IMG/VR virus record: IMGVR_UViG_3300032007_000060
Span: 18,229-82,228 of that record
Origin: a virus
Taxonomy: Duplodnaviria; Caudoviricetes
DNA length: 64,000 bases
Reading direction: 5' to 3' (one strand)
The position numbers were made by a program, and so were the translations under genes. Below, piece after piece: positions 39,023 to 49,348 of this stretch (within the stretch, counting starts at the first letter, position 1; every line of letters begins with the position of its first letter). A model generated the notes under the pieces. It made no database searches. It had not been told where the DNA came from and saw only the letters and a program-made list of their open reading frames with translations.

Positions 39023-41698
39023 GAATATTATTCCGCAATTTGCTTTTATATATAAATCTCCTGTACCTTTTCCCAAGTAAGATACGCTTGCCTCTCCAGA
39101 ACTATCAGTAACATCAGAACCAAGACTTTCACCATTCACAACTTCAAAACTTACAGTTTCACCAACACAAGGATTACCATTAGAATCCAATACTTTCGCA
39201 GTAATAGTGGCAGTTTCACCTTTCATCATAATTGGCTTGTCAGATGAAACTGTGATGCTTGCAGGTGCCGGACGGTCACTTACAACAACATTAACAATAC
39301 TTGATTCAACATTATTATAAGTGGCATCTCCTTCATATACTACTTTATAACTGAATGTTCCTGCGACAGATGAAGTGATTGATTTGCTGAATGTTCCATC
39401 ATTACCAGTGGTTAATTGAGGGTCTATGAGTGTATTACCATCATATAATTTGATATTTACACTTCCTAATCCTGAACCGTTATATAATAATGCACCAGAT
39501 AAAGTGTAGGAGTCACCAGTGGTGACACTTGCACTGCTGGTGACTAAGCTGATTGTTGGTGTGCGTTTTACAATAGTTACATTTACATCAGAAGAGGTTG
39601 CACTATCATAAGTGCCGTCTCCTTCGTATACGGCCTTGTATGTTTTACTGGATACAATGGAAGCGGTTAATGTTTTACTGAATGTTCCATTGTCTGTTGT
39701 TACTGTGTGGAGTAATGTTTCACCGTCATAGATTTTTACATCAACATCATCCATTCCTGTTGTACCAGTTTTTAATGTTCCTGATAATGTGATTGTTTCT
39801 CCAAGGTCATAACTGGATTTATCTGCATTGAATGTTATTGTTGTTGGTTTCTTATTCACAGTTATGTTTTCAGTTGCATTATTACTGTAATAATCTTCAT
39901 CACCTTCAAATACTGCTTTAATGCTAACTGCTCCACTAATATTTGCAGTTATATCTTTACTGAAGTTTCCTGCATTGCCTTGTGTTGTCACAGTATCCAC
40001 CAACGTGTTATTCACATAAATTTTTATACTTTTACCTGTTAAAGCTGTGAGTTCATCATCAGTTAATGATCCTCTTATCTCGATTGTTTCCCCGATAGTG
40101 TAGGTTGATTTATCTGTAGATAATGTGAGTATTGTACTTGTTTTACCTGCTCCTTCACTAATCACTACATATAATGGATTAGTATTCTTATTATTGTTAA
40201 TCCAGTTACTGTTACTTACTAATGTGCTGCTGGTGTCATGTGTTAATGTTATATCTTGCAGGTTCAATGATTGGTTTTGATATACTCTGAAGAATTTTAA
40301 TCCTACACTATTATTGATTGTAGGGTTTCCGCAGCCGAGTATTGTGCAAGTGTAGGGTACGTTATAGATATGGTCTGTTGAATGTGTACCTGAAGTTAAT
40401 ACGATGAGGTTTTCTTCACCATTCACCATTGACAGGGCCTTATCTAATGTAGCGAATGGGTCATCAATTTTACCAGTATTATTATCATTTCCTGAAGTGG
40501 AAACATACCAGTTACCCGTATTACATCCACGGACAGTGACTTCAAGAGTTTCCGTTTCAAAAATAGTAGGTCCTTCATAGGCCTCGAATTTAAAAACATT
40601 AGGAGCATCATCACTGATTAAATCACTGGTTACTGTATATTGTTCTCCAGTATAATTTTCGACGAGGACTGTATCTTCTTCATCACCCAATAATGTGATT
40701 GTTACACTGTAATCCCCAGTTAATTTCTCAGCAAGACTATTCAAGAATTGGAAATTAAATATTACATTCTGATTCTTAACAGGTATTAAAGTATTAGCTG
40801 ATACAAAGAAGAATCTTCCATTATCCGATGTTAATTCGCATAATTTGTCTTTATGTTCCCATGGCATTGGTGTCCAGTCACCGACAAGGCCTGTTTCTTC
40901 ATCGTATGGGTGCATATGTTCATCGAACATCTTTAAGAGGTATTCTTCTCTGTTTATCATGTCGCTGAAGATGCCGTATTCTTTCCATATTTCTAATACG
41001 GGTAATGCTGTGTTATGTATTCTGAGATTGTATTCTATGATACGGTTCATGTAATGATAATCATCTTCACTTAACCTGTTGTTGTATGGTGGTTCGGTAT
41101 GTTCATAATCTTCAGTACTTTTATATGTTTTTCTTTGTATGCCGTTTAATGCTCCGATTTCATCTAAACTGTAATCATGGTCGAATTCATTTCCCAATTC
41201 CTCATCGTTTTCAGGGAATCCTTTTTCAATAATGATTTCATCATATGCTTCGGCTATAATCTTAAAAGTATCATCAGGAATTATAGGAATTTCAATCTCA
41301 CTATCCTCTACTTCATTTTCTTCCTCATTATCTTCAACATTCTCATCAACAATTGTATTTTCCTCACTACTATCATAAGAATAAATGAAAGAATTAACAT
41401 TATCCTCTTCTAAGTATTCTTCCATATAGAGCAGAGTATCATTTTTATAACATTTCACACTTTTCAACTGAGGATAATTCACAACAAAATTAATAACATA
41501 ATCATAAGGCACACTTTGCTCCTTCCAAATACAACAACGCTTCCTTAACCTCAAACTATCAGAAACATCACTAATACTTTGAAAAATACCCTTCAAAAGA
41601 TTATTAGTAACACTCTGAGATTTAAAGAAATTACTTGTCTCCGACTTATCAAAAAAATGAGGAAACATCTTAATTAAACTTTGCATACTCCTTTTCAT
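38510..41698 (-). CDS. baseplate-anchored adhesin/tail fibre with Ig-like repeats and ConA/LamG-like tip
   Basis: WYVSTSGNDNNTG..DDPFAT motif; 3-4 Ig-like repeats (TITLSGTL...VKIYDG...T..NGTFS...Y.GD..Y); C-terminal beta-sandwich. Confidence 0.8.
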   Translation of the reverse strand: MKRSMQSLIKMFPHFFDKSETSNFFKSQSVTNNLLKGIFQSISDVSDSLRLRKRCCIWKEQSVPYDYVINFVVNYPQLKSVKCYKNDTLLYMEEYLEEDNVNSFIYSYDSSEENTIVDENVEDNEEENEVEDSEIEIPIIPDDTFKIIAEAYDEIIIEKGFPENDEELGNEFDHDYSLDEIGALNGIQRKTYKSTEDYEHTEPPYNNRLSEDDYHYMNRIIEYNLRIHNTALPVLEIWKEYGIFSDMINREEYLLKMFDEHMHPYDEETGLVGDWTPMPWEHKDKLCELTSDNGRFFFVSANTLIPVKNQNVIFNFQFLNSLAEKLTGDYSVTITLLGDEEDTVLVENYTGEQYTVTSDLISDDAPNVFKFEAYEGPTIFETETLEVTVRGCNTGNWYVSTSGNDNNTGKIDDPFATLDKALSMVNGEENLIVLTSGTHSTDHIYNVPYTCTILGCGNPTINNSVGLKFFRVYQNQSLNLQDITLTHDTSSTLVSNSNWINNNKNTNPLYVVISEGAGKTSTILTLSTDKSTYTIGETIEIRGSLTDDELTALTGKSIKIYVNNTLVDTVTTQGNAGNFSKDITANISGAVSIKAVFEGDEDYYSNNATENITVNKKPTTITFNADKSSYDLGETITLSGTLKTGTTGMDDVDVKIYDGETLLHTVTTDNGTFSKTLTASIVSSKTYKAVYEGDGTYDSATSSDVNVTIVKRTPTISLVTSSASVTTGDSYTLSGALLYNGSGLGSVNIKLYDGNTLIDPQLTTGNDGTFSKSITSSVAGTFSYKVVYEGDATYNNVESSIVNVVVSDRPAPASITVSSDKPIMMKGETATITAKVLDSNGNPCVGETVSFEVVNGESLGSDVTDSSGEASVSYLGKGTGDLYIKANCGIIFTEIFALQDCSYYNTAEVTRSSTNGSTIYDNSLSQSLPSKCEISFDIWSDNTSTGEHRFFIMPKTQYSSGTTQPQYAIYLDMLRNNQMAFGKRENNSSQSVGFPSVTATSGTYHTVKFVKDETSISVYVDDNLIGSFILSWIDNYTDYCMSMMRWGASGTSKIKNVKFKSL

Positions 41699-41699
41699 A

Positions 41700-42851
41700 T
41701 TAAATCATCTCAATTGTAATATCATTACTAACCCCAATTTCCTCATCAAGAATAGGAACATAATCCAAAGGATAATTAAAATTAATATTCTTTAACTCAG
41801 GAATCTCATCATCCAAAAACACAGCCAATTTATGCGGAATAAAATCCTCACCCAATAACAATCCCGGATAATAAGTATCATCAGTAGTGTATCCACCATC
41901 AATGAAAACTTTAATACTAGATATGATTCTTGCTTTGATTTTCTCTTTCTCAACATCACTATAAGGATTCAGTTGATCTATATCAACATTAACCACCGCA
42001 TAAATATCAATAGGTTTACTGACCGGTGCGAACATTGTAATATCTTCTTTTGCCTGAGTAACTTTACTCTGCAAATCCGCGTAAGCACGATTCAATTGTT
42101 CCGGTGTGCCTGGATCAAGTATGACTTTTATTGTACCAGTGCCATTCCAGAATGGAACAATCTTATAACTGTCTATACCGTCGAAGTTGGCGAAATATTC
42201 CTCGTAAGCTTCCAATGAACCTTTCAAGTTAACTTCCTTCCAATGCATCAACAAATAACGATATTCATCATCAGTATATTCCTCAGTACCACCAGTACTG
42301 GCCTTATCATTATTACATGAAAAATTAATTTCCAATTCAGTTTCAATATTAACCAAAGTATTTTCAACAATCTTACTAGCCACACCCGGCTCAACAGCCA
42401 TACATGAAACAGTAGTGCTGGTTTCACCTGCAGGAATAAAAATATTCTCCAACGTACGATATTCAATACCAGTATCAGTTGACAAGACCACTTCTTGACT
42501 AATATTCACATCTTCTTCAAGAACAACATCCAAAGTAAAAGTAACATCAACATAAGCATAAGTAGCTTCAGGTCTAGGAATACCTACCACATCACCAATA
42601 TTCTCATCCAAATCATCATTCTCCGCATACTCAACTTTTGCAGATTCATAAACTGGAGTTATTGCTTCCTGATAAATTCGTTCACCAAATAATGCAAGAA
42701 CAGACTTATCCATCACATAATAATTACTGATATCTTCCTGATTCTCAATATAAGAAGGAAACTCTTCAGCATGACTTATCAATCCTTTTTCAAGACTGTC
42801 CTGCAACACTTCTTCAAAAAGCTCAGCATAATCTTTTTCCGTATAATTCAT
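41700..42851 (-). CDS. baseplate J-like protein
   Basis: LDENIGDVVGIPR.EAT.A...V.C.A.EPG...N...STGGTEEYTDDEYR pattern. Confidence 0.85.
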   Translation of the reverse strand: MNYTEKDYAELFEEVLQDSLEKGLISHAEEFPSYIENQEDISNYYVMDKSVLALFGERIYQEAITPVYESAKVEYAENDDLDENIGDVVGIPRPEATYAYVDVTFTLDVVLEEDVNISQEVVLSTDTGIEYRTLENIFIPAGETSTTVSCMAVEPGVASKIVENTLVNIETELEINFSCNNDKASTGGTEEYTDDEYRYLLMHWKEVNLKGSLEAYEEYFANFDGIDSYKIVPFWNGTGTIKVILDPGTPEQLNRAYADLQSKVTQAKEDITMFAPVSKPIDIYAVVNVDIDQLNPYSDVEKEKIKARIISSIKVFIDGGYTTDDTYYPGLLLGEDFIPHKLAVFLDDEIPELKNINFNYPLDYVPILDEEIGVSNDITIEMI

Positions 42852-43282
42852 AAAACAACACTACCTTTAACTATTTCATCATTAATGCTTGTAATATCAA
42901 ATTCAACTTTAAACTTATAAACATCAGTTTGAAGGATATTCACCGAATTAACAGTTTTAACCCTCCTCATATTGTTTAAAGTATCAGTAATATAAGTTTC
43001 AAGTTTAAAAAAGAACATTTTATTCTGATTATCTTTTATTAACTCATGAACATGACAACCAAAACCTTGATAAGTAGGATTTTTATTTAATTCATCATAT
43101 CTTGTCATGATTGCAATTATACATGCGTTCAACAATGATTTATGACCTGTAACATTAACATAATCCCCATTTTCCATATGTATATCAAAGGCCCCATATT
43201 CATCACTAATTAATTCAACATCTTCATTCAAAGTTTTATTAAATTTATAATCAATGCTGGATGTGTCTACGGGTAGTGTCAT
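42848..43282 (-). CDS. baseplate wedge protein (gpW/gp25-like)
   Basis: size, position and NPTYQGFG motif upstream of baseplate J. Confidence 0.6.
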   Translation of the reverse strand: MTLPVDTSSIDYKFNKTLNEDVELISDEYGAFDIHMENGDYVNVTGHKSLLNACIIAIMTRYDELNKNPTYQGFGCHVHELIKDNQNKMFFFKLETYITDTLNNMRRVKTVNSVNILQTDVYKFKVEFDITSINDEIVKGSVVL

Positions 43283-43284
43283 TT

Positions 43285-43953
43285 TTATTCATCTCCTAAA
43301 GCTTCAGCTATCTTTTGTGCTATTAATTCATCAACTTCTTCTTTCGTATACACTTCATCTTTAGTATACACGTTCGTGGAGTCAGCATAATCCACTTCTT
43401 CCATGTTCTTATCCATATCCCCCACATTTAGTGTAGCTGCTTTGGGTAATCTTAAATCCAATCCATCTGCACCAAATTTTATCCAGAACTGATTTGTTCC
43501 ACCAATACTTATAATTTTGAAATTGCCTGGGCTTGCAGGATTCAATCCTACAAACTCTTCATTCTGATAATACCCTAACAACAAATATTCTTCACTGTCA
43601 CTATCATGAATGTTTATAATAAGACAGTTCAAATCACCTCTTGGAATTATGCATGGTTCATGTAGATCATCACAATAATCAATTGTATCTGCACTTGGTG
43701 TGTATAAGTCTATTAATGCTCCACCGAAACGATGGAGTATTTTGCATAATACTGTTTCATCAGTGTTGTCTAATTCAACTAATGCTTTATCAAGATAATG
43801 GTAGAATTTAACAACTCTTCCGGTTCTGATTTTTTCTTCATCAACAGTGGTTTCAATTTGACGATTGATTTGTGGTAATGCTCTGTTAGTTACTGCATTG
43901 TCTAATGCTTCTTTTAACCGACCACGTGTAGGTGTGATGTCATTAGTGTTCAT
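43285..43953 (-). CDS. baseplate spike/hub protein
   Basis: position and OB-like N-terminal IRTGRVVKF. Confidence 0.45.
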   Translation of the reverse strand: MNTNDITPTRGRLKEALDNAVTNRALPQINRQIETTVDEEKIRTGRVVKFYHYLDKALVELDNTDETVLCKILHRFGGALIDLYTPSADTIDYCDDLHEPCIIPRGDLNCLIINIHDSDSEEYLLLGYYQNEEFVGLNPASPGNFKIISIGGTNQFWIKFGADGLDLRLPKAATLNVGDMDKNMEEVDYADSTNVYTKDEVYTKEEVDELIAQKIAEALGDE

Positions 43954-45113
43954 TTGTTACCACTACTCTTTGATTTAGTTTTAGATTTAGATTTGGATTT
44001 GCTGGATGATTTATCACTATTACTTGAACTATTATCTGCTCCAAAACTTGGAGGATAATCAACCAAAGTCAAACTAGCAGTCCAAGGACCATTCGCATCC
44101 TCATCATGAGAACATTTGCTAATATACATATAATCATCAATAAAATAAGAAGGTAAAAATACTCTAACCCAAACACCTTCTCTCCATTTTGTATCTCCTA
44201 CCAGTTTACATTCAACACTTCGACCATCATTACGCCTAATCTTATTGAATTCTCGTTGTAAAAAAGCTTCCGCTTCTTTTAAAGATTTGATACTTGAGGG
44301 ACAGGCGATTTTCTTTTTGATTTTACCAAATCTTTTTATTAGCAGATCATCTTTTAATGTTAAATCATAATTTTTATAGGTGCAGGTTAGATGATTAATT
44401 GTTCCGGGATTAATATCTGTAACATTAATATTATCATATAATGCATTGTCATTTTCATTTATGACAAGTTTAGTGGTTGTTGGGTCTTTAATCTTATTAA
44501 CATGTACTGTATCTCCAATTAATCGGATTTCCACATCTCCATCCCATTTACTAGTAGCTTTTTTCAAAGCTTCTTTAATAGTTGAACCACTTGAACTTGC
44601 AGAATTGGATTTTGATGAAGATGACGATGTACTAGTGTCTCCACCCATGGCTTTGATTAACTCATCAGCCATTTCTTTACCGTTTCGACCAAAAACAACC
44701 CAACATTTCTTTTTCACTATCTTATTTATCTCAGGGAAACTTTTACCTTGAATTTTAGCACAGATTCCTTTACAATCAGGGTCCGCACCTATCGGTCTTG
44801 TTTCAAAATCTTTACGAGTCTTCATCCTTGGACGGCCAAGGTCTCCTCTTATAATAAAATAAGCATATTTAAAACCGCCACTATTACTATAACGGTCAGC
44901 GATAGAGTATATTCCATCTGCAATAATATATACTCCTATCTTACCACGAGGATTTCTCCCACGTTCACCCCAATCATAGGTAGCAAACTCATTCGAATCC
45001 ACAGGCAGTTTTTCAACTTTATGACCTGCTTTCTCTAATGCTTTGCAGACAGTATTCTGGACTTTATGGTCATTACCATTATTTAAATCACAACCAACTA
45101 CAACAGTAGACAA
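43950..45113 (-). CDS. tail hub/baseplate protein (gpD-like C-terminus)
   Basis: WREGVWVRV...MYISKCSHD...WTASLTL typical of late-control-D/hub proteins. Confidence 0.55.
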   Translation of the reverse strand: MSTVVVGCDLNNGNDHKVQNTVCKALEKAGHKVEKLPVDSNEFATYDWGERGRNPRGKIGVYIIADGIYSIADRYSNSGGFKYAYFIIRGDLGRPRMKTRKDFETRPIGADPDCKGICAKIQGKSFPEINKIVKKKCWVVFGRNGKEMADELIKAMGGDTSTSSSSSKSNSASSSGSTIKEALKKATSKWDGDVEIRLIGDTVHVNKIKDPTTTKLVINENDNALYDNINVTDINPGTINHLTCTYKNYDLTLKDDLLIKRFGKIKKKIACPSSIKSLKEAEAFLQREFNKIRRNDGRSVECKLVGDTKWREGVWVRVFLPSYFIDDYMYISKCSHDEDANGPWTASLTLVDYPPSFGADNSSSNSDKSSSKSKSKSKTKSKSSGNK

Positions 45114-45130
45114 TCAAATAACCTCCTTTT

Positions 45131-46153
45131 TTAACAATCTGGTTTTTTACCATTTTTAACATCCCAGTTCCCACCACGGGAATTACATGCTCTGCGGTCT
45201 CCTTCAGCATACCATATTGTATTCCAATCTGAACCAGACCCTGTTTGGTCACTCGCATAGATTTTACCATCAATTTCAATAAGAGTCCAGAAATGGCCGT
45301 TAGCATGAGACCTATGTACAACATAACATTTCAATCCTGCAGATGCCATCATTGCACGGGTTAATCTTGCAGTATCAGCACAATTAATAGCATGTTTGTG
45401 TTTTAAACATTCCTCAGCAGAATGATATCTTGAACATGGATATCCTTCGTATCTGACATTCGCTTTTAACCATTCGTGAACGAGTTTTGCTTTCTCTAAC
45501 TCATTGGTTTCACTACCCACAATATTAGCAACGAGCTCATCAATTGTTTTACCTTCCCCTCCAGCAAGGCCACTATTACTGCCTGTTTTTTTATTACTGC
45601 TTCCACTACTGGAAATATTGCTAAAGTCACATACATCATCAACAAGACCAGTTACATCAACTTTAGCTTTTAAACCACTTGCTTTAATAATTTCTTTAAT
45701 GATTTTAGAGCGTTTGGTTTTTTTAAAACTGAATTTCTTTTCCACATCAAGCAAGACATTCATTCCACTAATTTTAATATCTGCTTTGTCACGGTTCCAA
45801 GTTACTTCAGAAACAAAACCAGTAACAACAGTACTCATATCATCCCATTTATTAACAGTTTTTGAGTTGTTTCCTCCTTTTTTGAATGATACTCTTTGAC
45901 CTTTGTAGAGTGAATTTAAATATTTGATTGGAACTGATATTGATGCATTGCTGCTAATATCACTGTAATCTCCTTCAAAACTATCACTGTATAATTCACC
46001 AATATAATTTATGTTGGTTATATCTCCAGTTTGTAAAGTGAATTTACCAGTATCATCACTACCACCGGCGGATTTGTTTGAAATTGGTTTTTTAACTGCT
46101 TCAGTAGTGTAAATTTCTAAACCCGCTCGGGATATAGAATAAGTAACTGCCAT
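45131..46153 (-). CDS. tail-associated transglutaminase-like protease (PeiW/PeiP-like pseudomurein endoisopeptidase domain)
   Basis: NCADTARL (Cys), NGHFW (His), ASDQTG (Asp) triad in the C-terminal domain; adjacent to tape measure and hub genes. Confidence 0.7.
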   Translation of the reverse strand: MAVTYSISRAGLEIYTTEAVKKPISNKSAGGSDDTGKFTLQTGDITNINYIGELYSDSFEGDYSDISSNASISVPIKYLNSLYKGQRVSFKKGGNNSKTVNKWDDMSTVVTGFVSEVTWNRDKADIKISGMNVLLDVEKKFSFKKTKRSKIIKEIIKASGLKAKVDVTGLVDDVCDFSNISSSGSSNKKTGSNSGLAGGEGKTIDELVANIVGSETNELEKAKLVHEWLKANVRYEGYPCSRYHSAEECLKHKHAINCADTARLTRAMMASAGLKCYVVHRSHANGHFWTLIEIDGKIYASDQTGSGSDWNTIWYAEGDRRACNSRGGNWDVKNGKKPDC

Positions 46154-46181
46154 TTTTAAGTCACATCCTCATCTCTTTTTT

Positions 46182-46742
46182 TTATTTATTCTTTTTCTTT
46201 TTAGTTTTACTCTTCTTAGATGTGGTTTTCTTTTTAGTTTTAGTTTTAGTTTTCTTAGAATTAGTTTTAGAATTAGTTTTTGAGTTTTTCTTAGTTGTTT
46301 TCTTTTTAGTGATTTTTCTAGCAGCAGGAACAACAAATTTTTCTCCAGGAATAAGACTTTTAGAATCTGGAACTTCTTTTATACTAATATCTAACTTTAA
46401 AGAATTGAATGTTTCATGAACTGGTTTAATGACAACAATTGCATTAAATGAACCTCCTATTTCAGGTGAGGTTACAGTTACCGGTTTGCTCATCATTTCT
46501 TGGAAAATCTGTTTATGCATATCAGGCCTATTTGGATCAATAGGAATATGAGTAGTGATACTAAAATCTAATCCTACATATTGTCCGGGTGTAACGATTT
46601 GTGTTCCACCAACAACACTATTAAAATTATATTCCCTACGTCTGTATGCTTCACTTGGCGAAACATCTTCAGCATAAAAAGGATATCCCATAATTTCAAT
46701 ATTACATCCATCAGTAGGTATATTATATAAGTTTTTAGCCAT
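46182..46742 (-). CDS. distal tail/tube-initiator-like protein with Lys-rich tail
   Basis: position after tape measure; C-terminal K/T/S repeats. Confidence 0.45.
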   Translation of the reverse strand: MAKNLYNIPTDGCNIEIMGYPFYAEDVSPSEAYRRREYNFNSVVGGTQIVTPGQYVGLDFSITTHIPIDPNRPDMHKQIFQEMMSKPVTVTSPEIGGSFNAIVVIKPVHETFNSLKLDISIKEVPDSKSLIPGEKFVVPAARKITKKKTTKKNSKTNSKTNSKKTKTKTKKKTTSKKSKTKKKKNK

Positions 46743-46746
46743 TTAT

Positions 46747-49140
46747 TCACACTCCGGTTGGGTCATCACTTAATGTTTCTAATGCAGTTATCACTACACT
46801 TGTTGCTTCTTTTGCAGTTAAATTATGAGCATTTAAAGGCATTGCATTTTCATGAACATGTACAATTGTTGTATTACCGTTACTTATAGTGTTAGGTGTG
46901 TAGTTAGCATTTTCACGGATACTATTGACCGTTGGTAAGTTCATTTGAGGAGCATTAAATCCACGTAATATGTTTCCCGCATAATCTCTTGCAGCACTAT
47001 ATACAAACCTGTTTGATTCTCCGATACGGCCCGGAATATCTGCAAATTCAATAGCAATTTTCCTTTGAATAATACCAGGACTTGCAATATGTAACGCATT
47101 CAATACTGCATCTTTAATTCCACTACCAAAGTTAGCAGCTGCACTTACCGCATCAGATACAGCATTGTTAATTCTTCCTGGAATATTCATGAATTCATTA
47201 TAAACAGTATCTGCAATACCCATGATACCATTACGTACTGCGTTCACAACACCACTAGCAAGACTGACAGCCGCTCCTACTGCTGAACCGGCAGCACTTG
47301 CAATACGACTTGGAACTTGCATCATGAAAGCACCTACTCTTCCAGGTATTTGACGGACACGATTAACAATACCAGATAATACACGTGCTCCTGCTTGAAT
47401 TGCAATACTAATTACACGGGCACGGAACTGCATAAACCTGCTTATGGATTGAACTAACCAATTCCATATTCTACCCGGTAACGGCCGTATAGCATTAACA
47501 ATATTAGTTAATATTGCTCTACCAATTTGTAATGCAATTTGACCTATTCGCATATAGAATGTGCCAAAACCAGTTATTATAGTTCTTATTGCAGACATTA
47601 TCGCATCTTGCCATGACACACTTCCATTCATTAAACCTGAGAAGACACCTACAAGACCAGATAACATATCCCATAAAGGAGTTAAAACATAAGAGACTGC
47701 TTGGAATCCCTGTTGCAATATTCCAAATACTTGACTTGCAATAGAACCTAATTGACCAAAGAAATTAATAATCTGACCAACAACATCAGGACCACCACTT
47801 CCTGCACCATCACTATGGAAAAGGTTGTTCCATGCTGCACCAATCCAATCGAATATTGGTTTTACAAAATTCCATAATTGTGATATTGCATTCTGTACTG
47901 CTGCAATTGCTCCTTGAACTTGAGGACTGTTGATGAATGCACTCCATAATCTTTCAACACCTGCTCTGATTGCATCTAACATTGTGCTGAAGTCAGTCCA
48001 CCATCCGAGACTTTCCCCTATTTGTTCAACAACCACAACAAATGCAGCAACAGCTGCTGCAATAGCAAGTATTGGCCATAATGCTGCTAATTCTGCTGCA
48101 GCCATAGCCCAAAATCCACCACTTGCACCTGCTGCGGCTGCACCTTCACCAGCTAATGCTGCCATATTTCCACTATGTGCGGCTGCAGCCATTACTTCCT
48201 CAGCAGTTAAACCAGCTTGACTCGCTGCTAACGCAATTTGTTCCGCAGATAATGCAGCAGTTTCACCACCAACTGCACCGAGCAATCCTCCAATTGTTGG
48301 TAATGTAAAACCTAATGTTTCCATCAAACCAATAACTGACATTAAAGGCCCTGCAATAATACCGATTCCTGCACCTAATGCTATTGCTGCGAAACCTACA
48401 GTTTTAACAGGACCCGGCAAACCATTAATTGCATTTAAAAATCCTTGAACAACAGGTATTAATGGAGTTATCGCATCCATTATTGCTGCACCAAAATCTG
48501 TTTTCAATCCGGCCAGTACATTATTTAACCTTTGGAATTTAGCAGTACTTGAATCAGCATATTTATCTGCTGCACCACCAGTACGGCTAAGAACATCATT
48601 TAATAATTTTTGCCTATCCACTGCACCGGTTGTTTCATCTTTATAATTTTTAATATCAAGACCAAGAGATTTCAATGCTTTACCATTTCCCATGAATGCT
48701 TTCTGTAATTGTCCTGCAGCTTGCTCTTGACTTAATCCCATTTGTGCAGCATAATTACTGGTGGCTTTCATTGCATCTTGAGAGTCTTTGAAAGACATTC
48801 CCATGCTCATATAGGTTGTCATTGCAGACCTTGTATCTGCTACACTCCTACCCATTTCATTGGAATAATCTCTAACCCATTTTTTGATTTCATCAGATTG
48901 TTTATCCCAATTACCACCGTTTTTATCAACTGCATTACTGAATTTATTCCATTCTTGCTCTGCAGTCATAGCTGAATCAACAGCGGATTTCGCATAACCT
49001 AACATTGAAGCAGACATTGCTGTTACTGCTCCACCAACTGCAGTTTTCAAAGCACCTACTCTTTGTTGTGCGCTTCCAAAAGCTCCACCAGTATTATCTT
49101 GTCCACGAATACGGAGTAATACATCTTCATATGAAACCAT
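46747..49140 (-). CDS. tape measure protein
   Basis: 797 aa, Ala/Gly-rich helical repeats, follows the chaperone genes. Confidence 0.9.
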   Translation of the reverse strand: MVSYEDVLLRIRGQDNTGGAFGSAQQRVGALKTAVGGAVTAMSASMLGYAKSAVDSAMTAEQEWNKFSNAVDKNGGNWDKQSDEIKKWVRDYSNEMGRSVADTRSAMTTYMSMGMSFKDSQDAMKATSNYAAQMGLSQEQAAGQLQKAFMGNGKALKSLGLDIKNYKDETTGAVDRQKLLNDVLSRTGGAADKYADSSTAKFQRLNNVLAGLKTDFGAAIMDAITPLIPVVQGFLNAINGLPGPVKTVGFAAIALGAGIGIIAGPLMSVIGLMETLGFTLPTIGGLLGAVGGETAALSAEQIALAASQAGLTAEEVMAAAAHSGNMAALAGEGAAAAGASGGFWAMAAAELAALWPILAIAAAVAAFVVVVEQIGESLGWWTDFSTMLDAIRAGVERLWSAFINSPQVQGAIAAVQNAISQLWNFVKPIFDWIGAAWNNLFHSDGAGSGGPDVVGQIINFFGQLGSIASQVFGILQQGFQAVSYVLTPLWDMLSGLVGVFSGLMNGSVSWQDAIMSAIRTIITGFGTFYMRIGQIALQIGRAILTNIVNAIRPLPGRIWNWLVQSISRFMQFRARVISIAIQAGARVLSGIVNRVRQIPGRVGAFMMQVPSRIASAAGSAVGAAVSLASGVVNAVRNGIMGIADTVYNEFMNIPGRINNAVSDAVSAAANFGSGIKDAVLNALHIASPGIIQRKIAIEFADIPGRIGESNRFVYSAARDYAGNILRGFNAPQMNLPTVNSIRENANYTPNTISNGNTTIVHVHENAMPLNAHNLTAKEATSVVITALETLSDDPTGV

Positions 49141-49162
49141 TTTTCATCACTTCTTCTTTTTT

Positions 49163-49348
49163 TTAGGACTCGTTTAATTTTTCTTTTAACTCTTTATCTT
49201 GTTTGATTTCATTTCTTATTTCATTACTATACTTGAAAATTAGGAACTTGATATTAGGATCATGTTTCTTTTTAATTACATCGAAAGGTAACATGCCTAA
49301 GTGTTTACTTACTCTGAAGTAAACTTCTCCGAAAAAACTGTTAGCCAT
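49163..49348 (-). CDS. tail assembly chaperone, second ORF
   Basis: 61-aa ORF overlapping the chaperone end, before tape measure. Confidence 0.55.
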   Translation of the reverse strand: MANSFFGEVYFRVSKHLGMLPFDVIKKKHDPNIKFLIFKYSNEIRNEIKQDKELKEKLNES

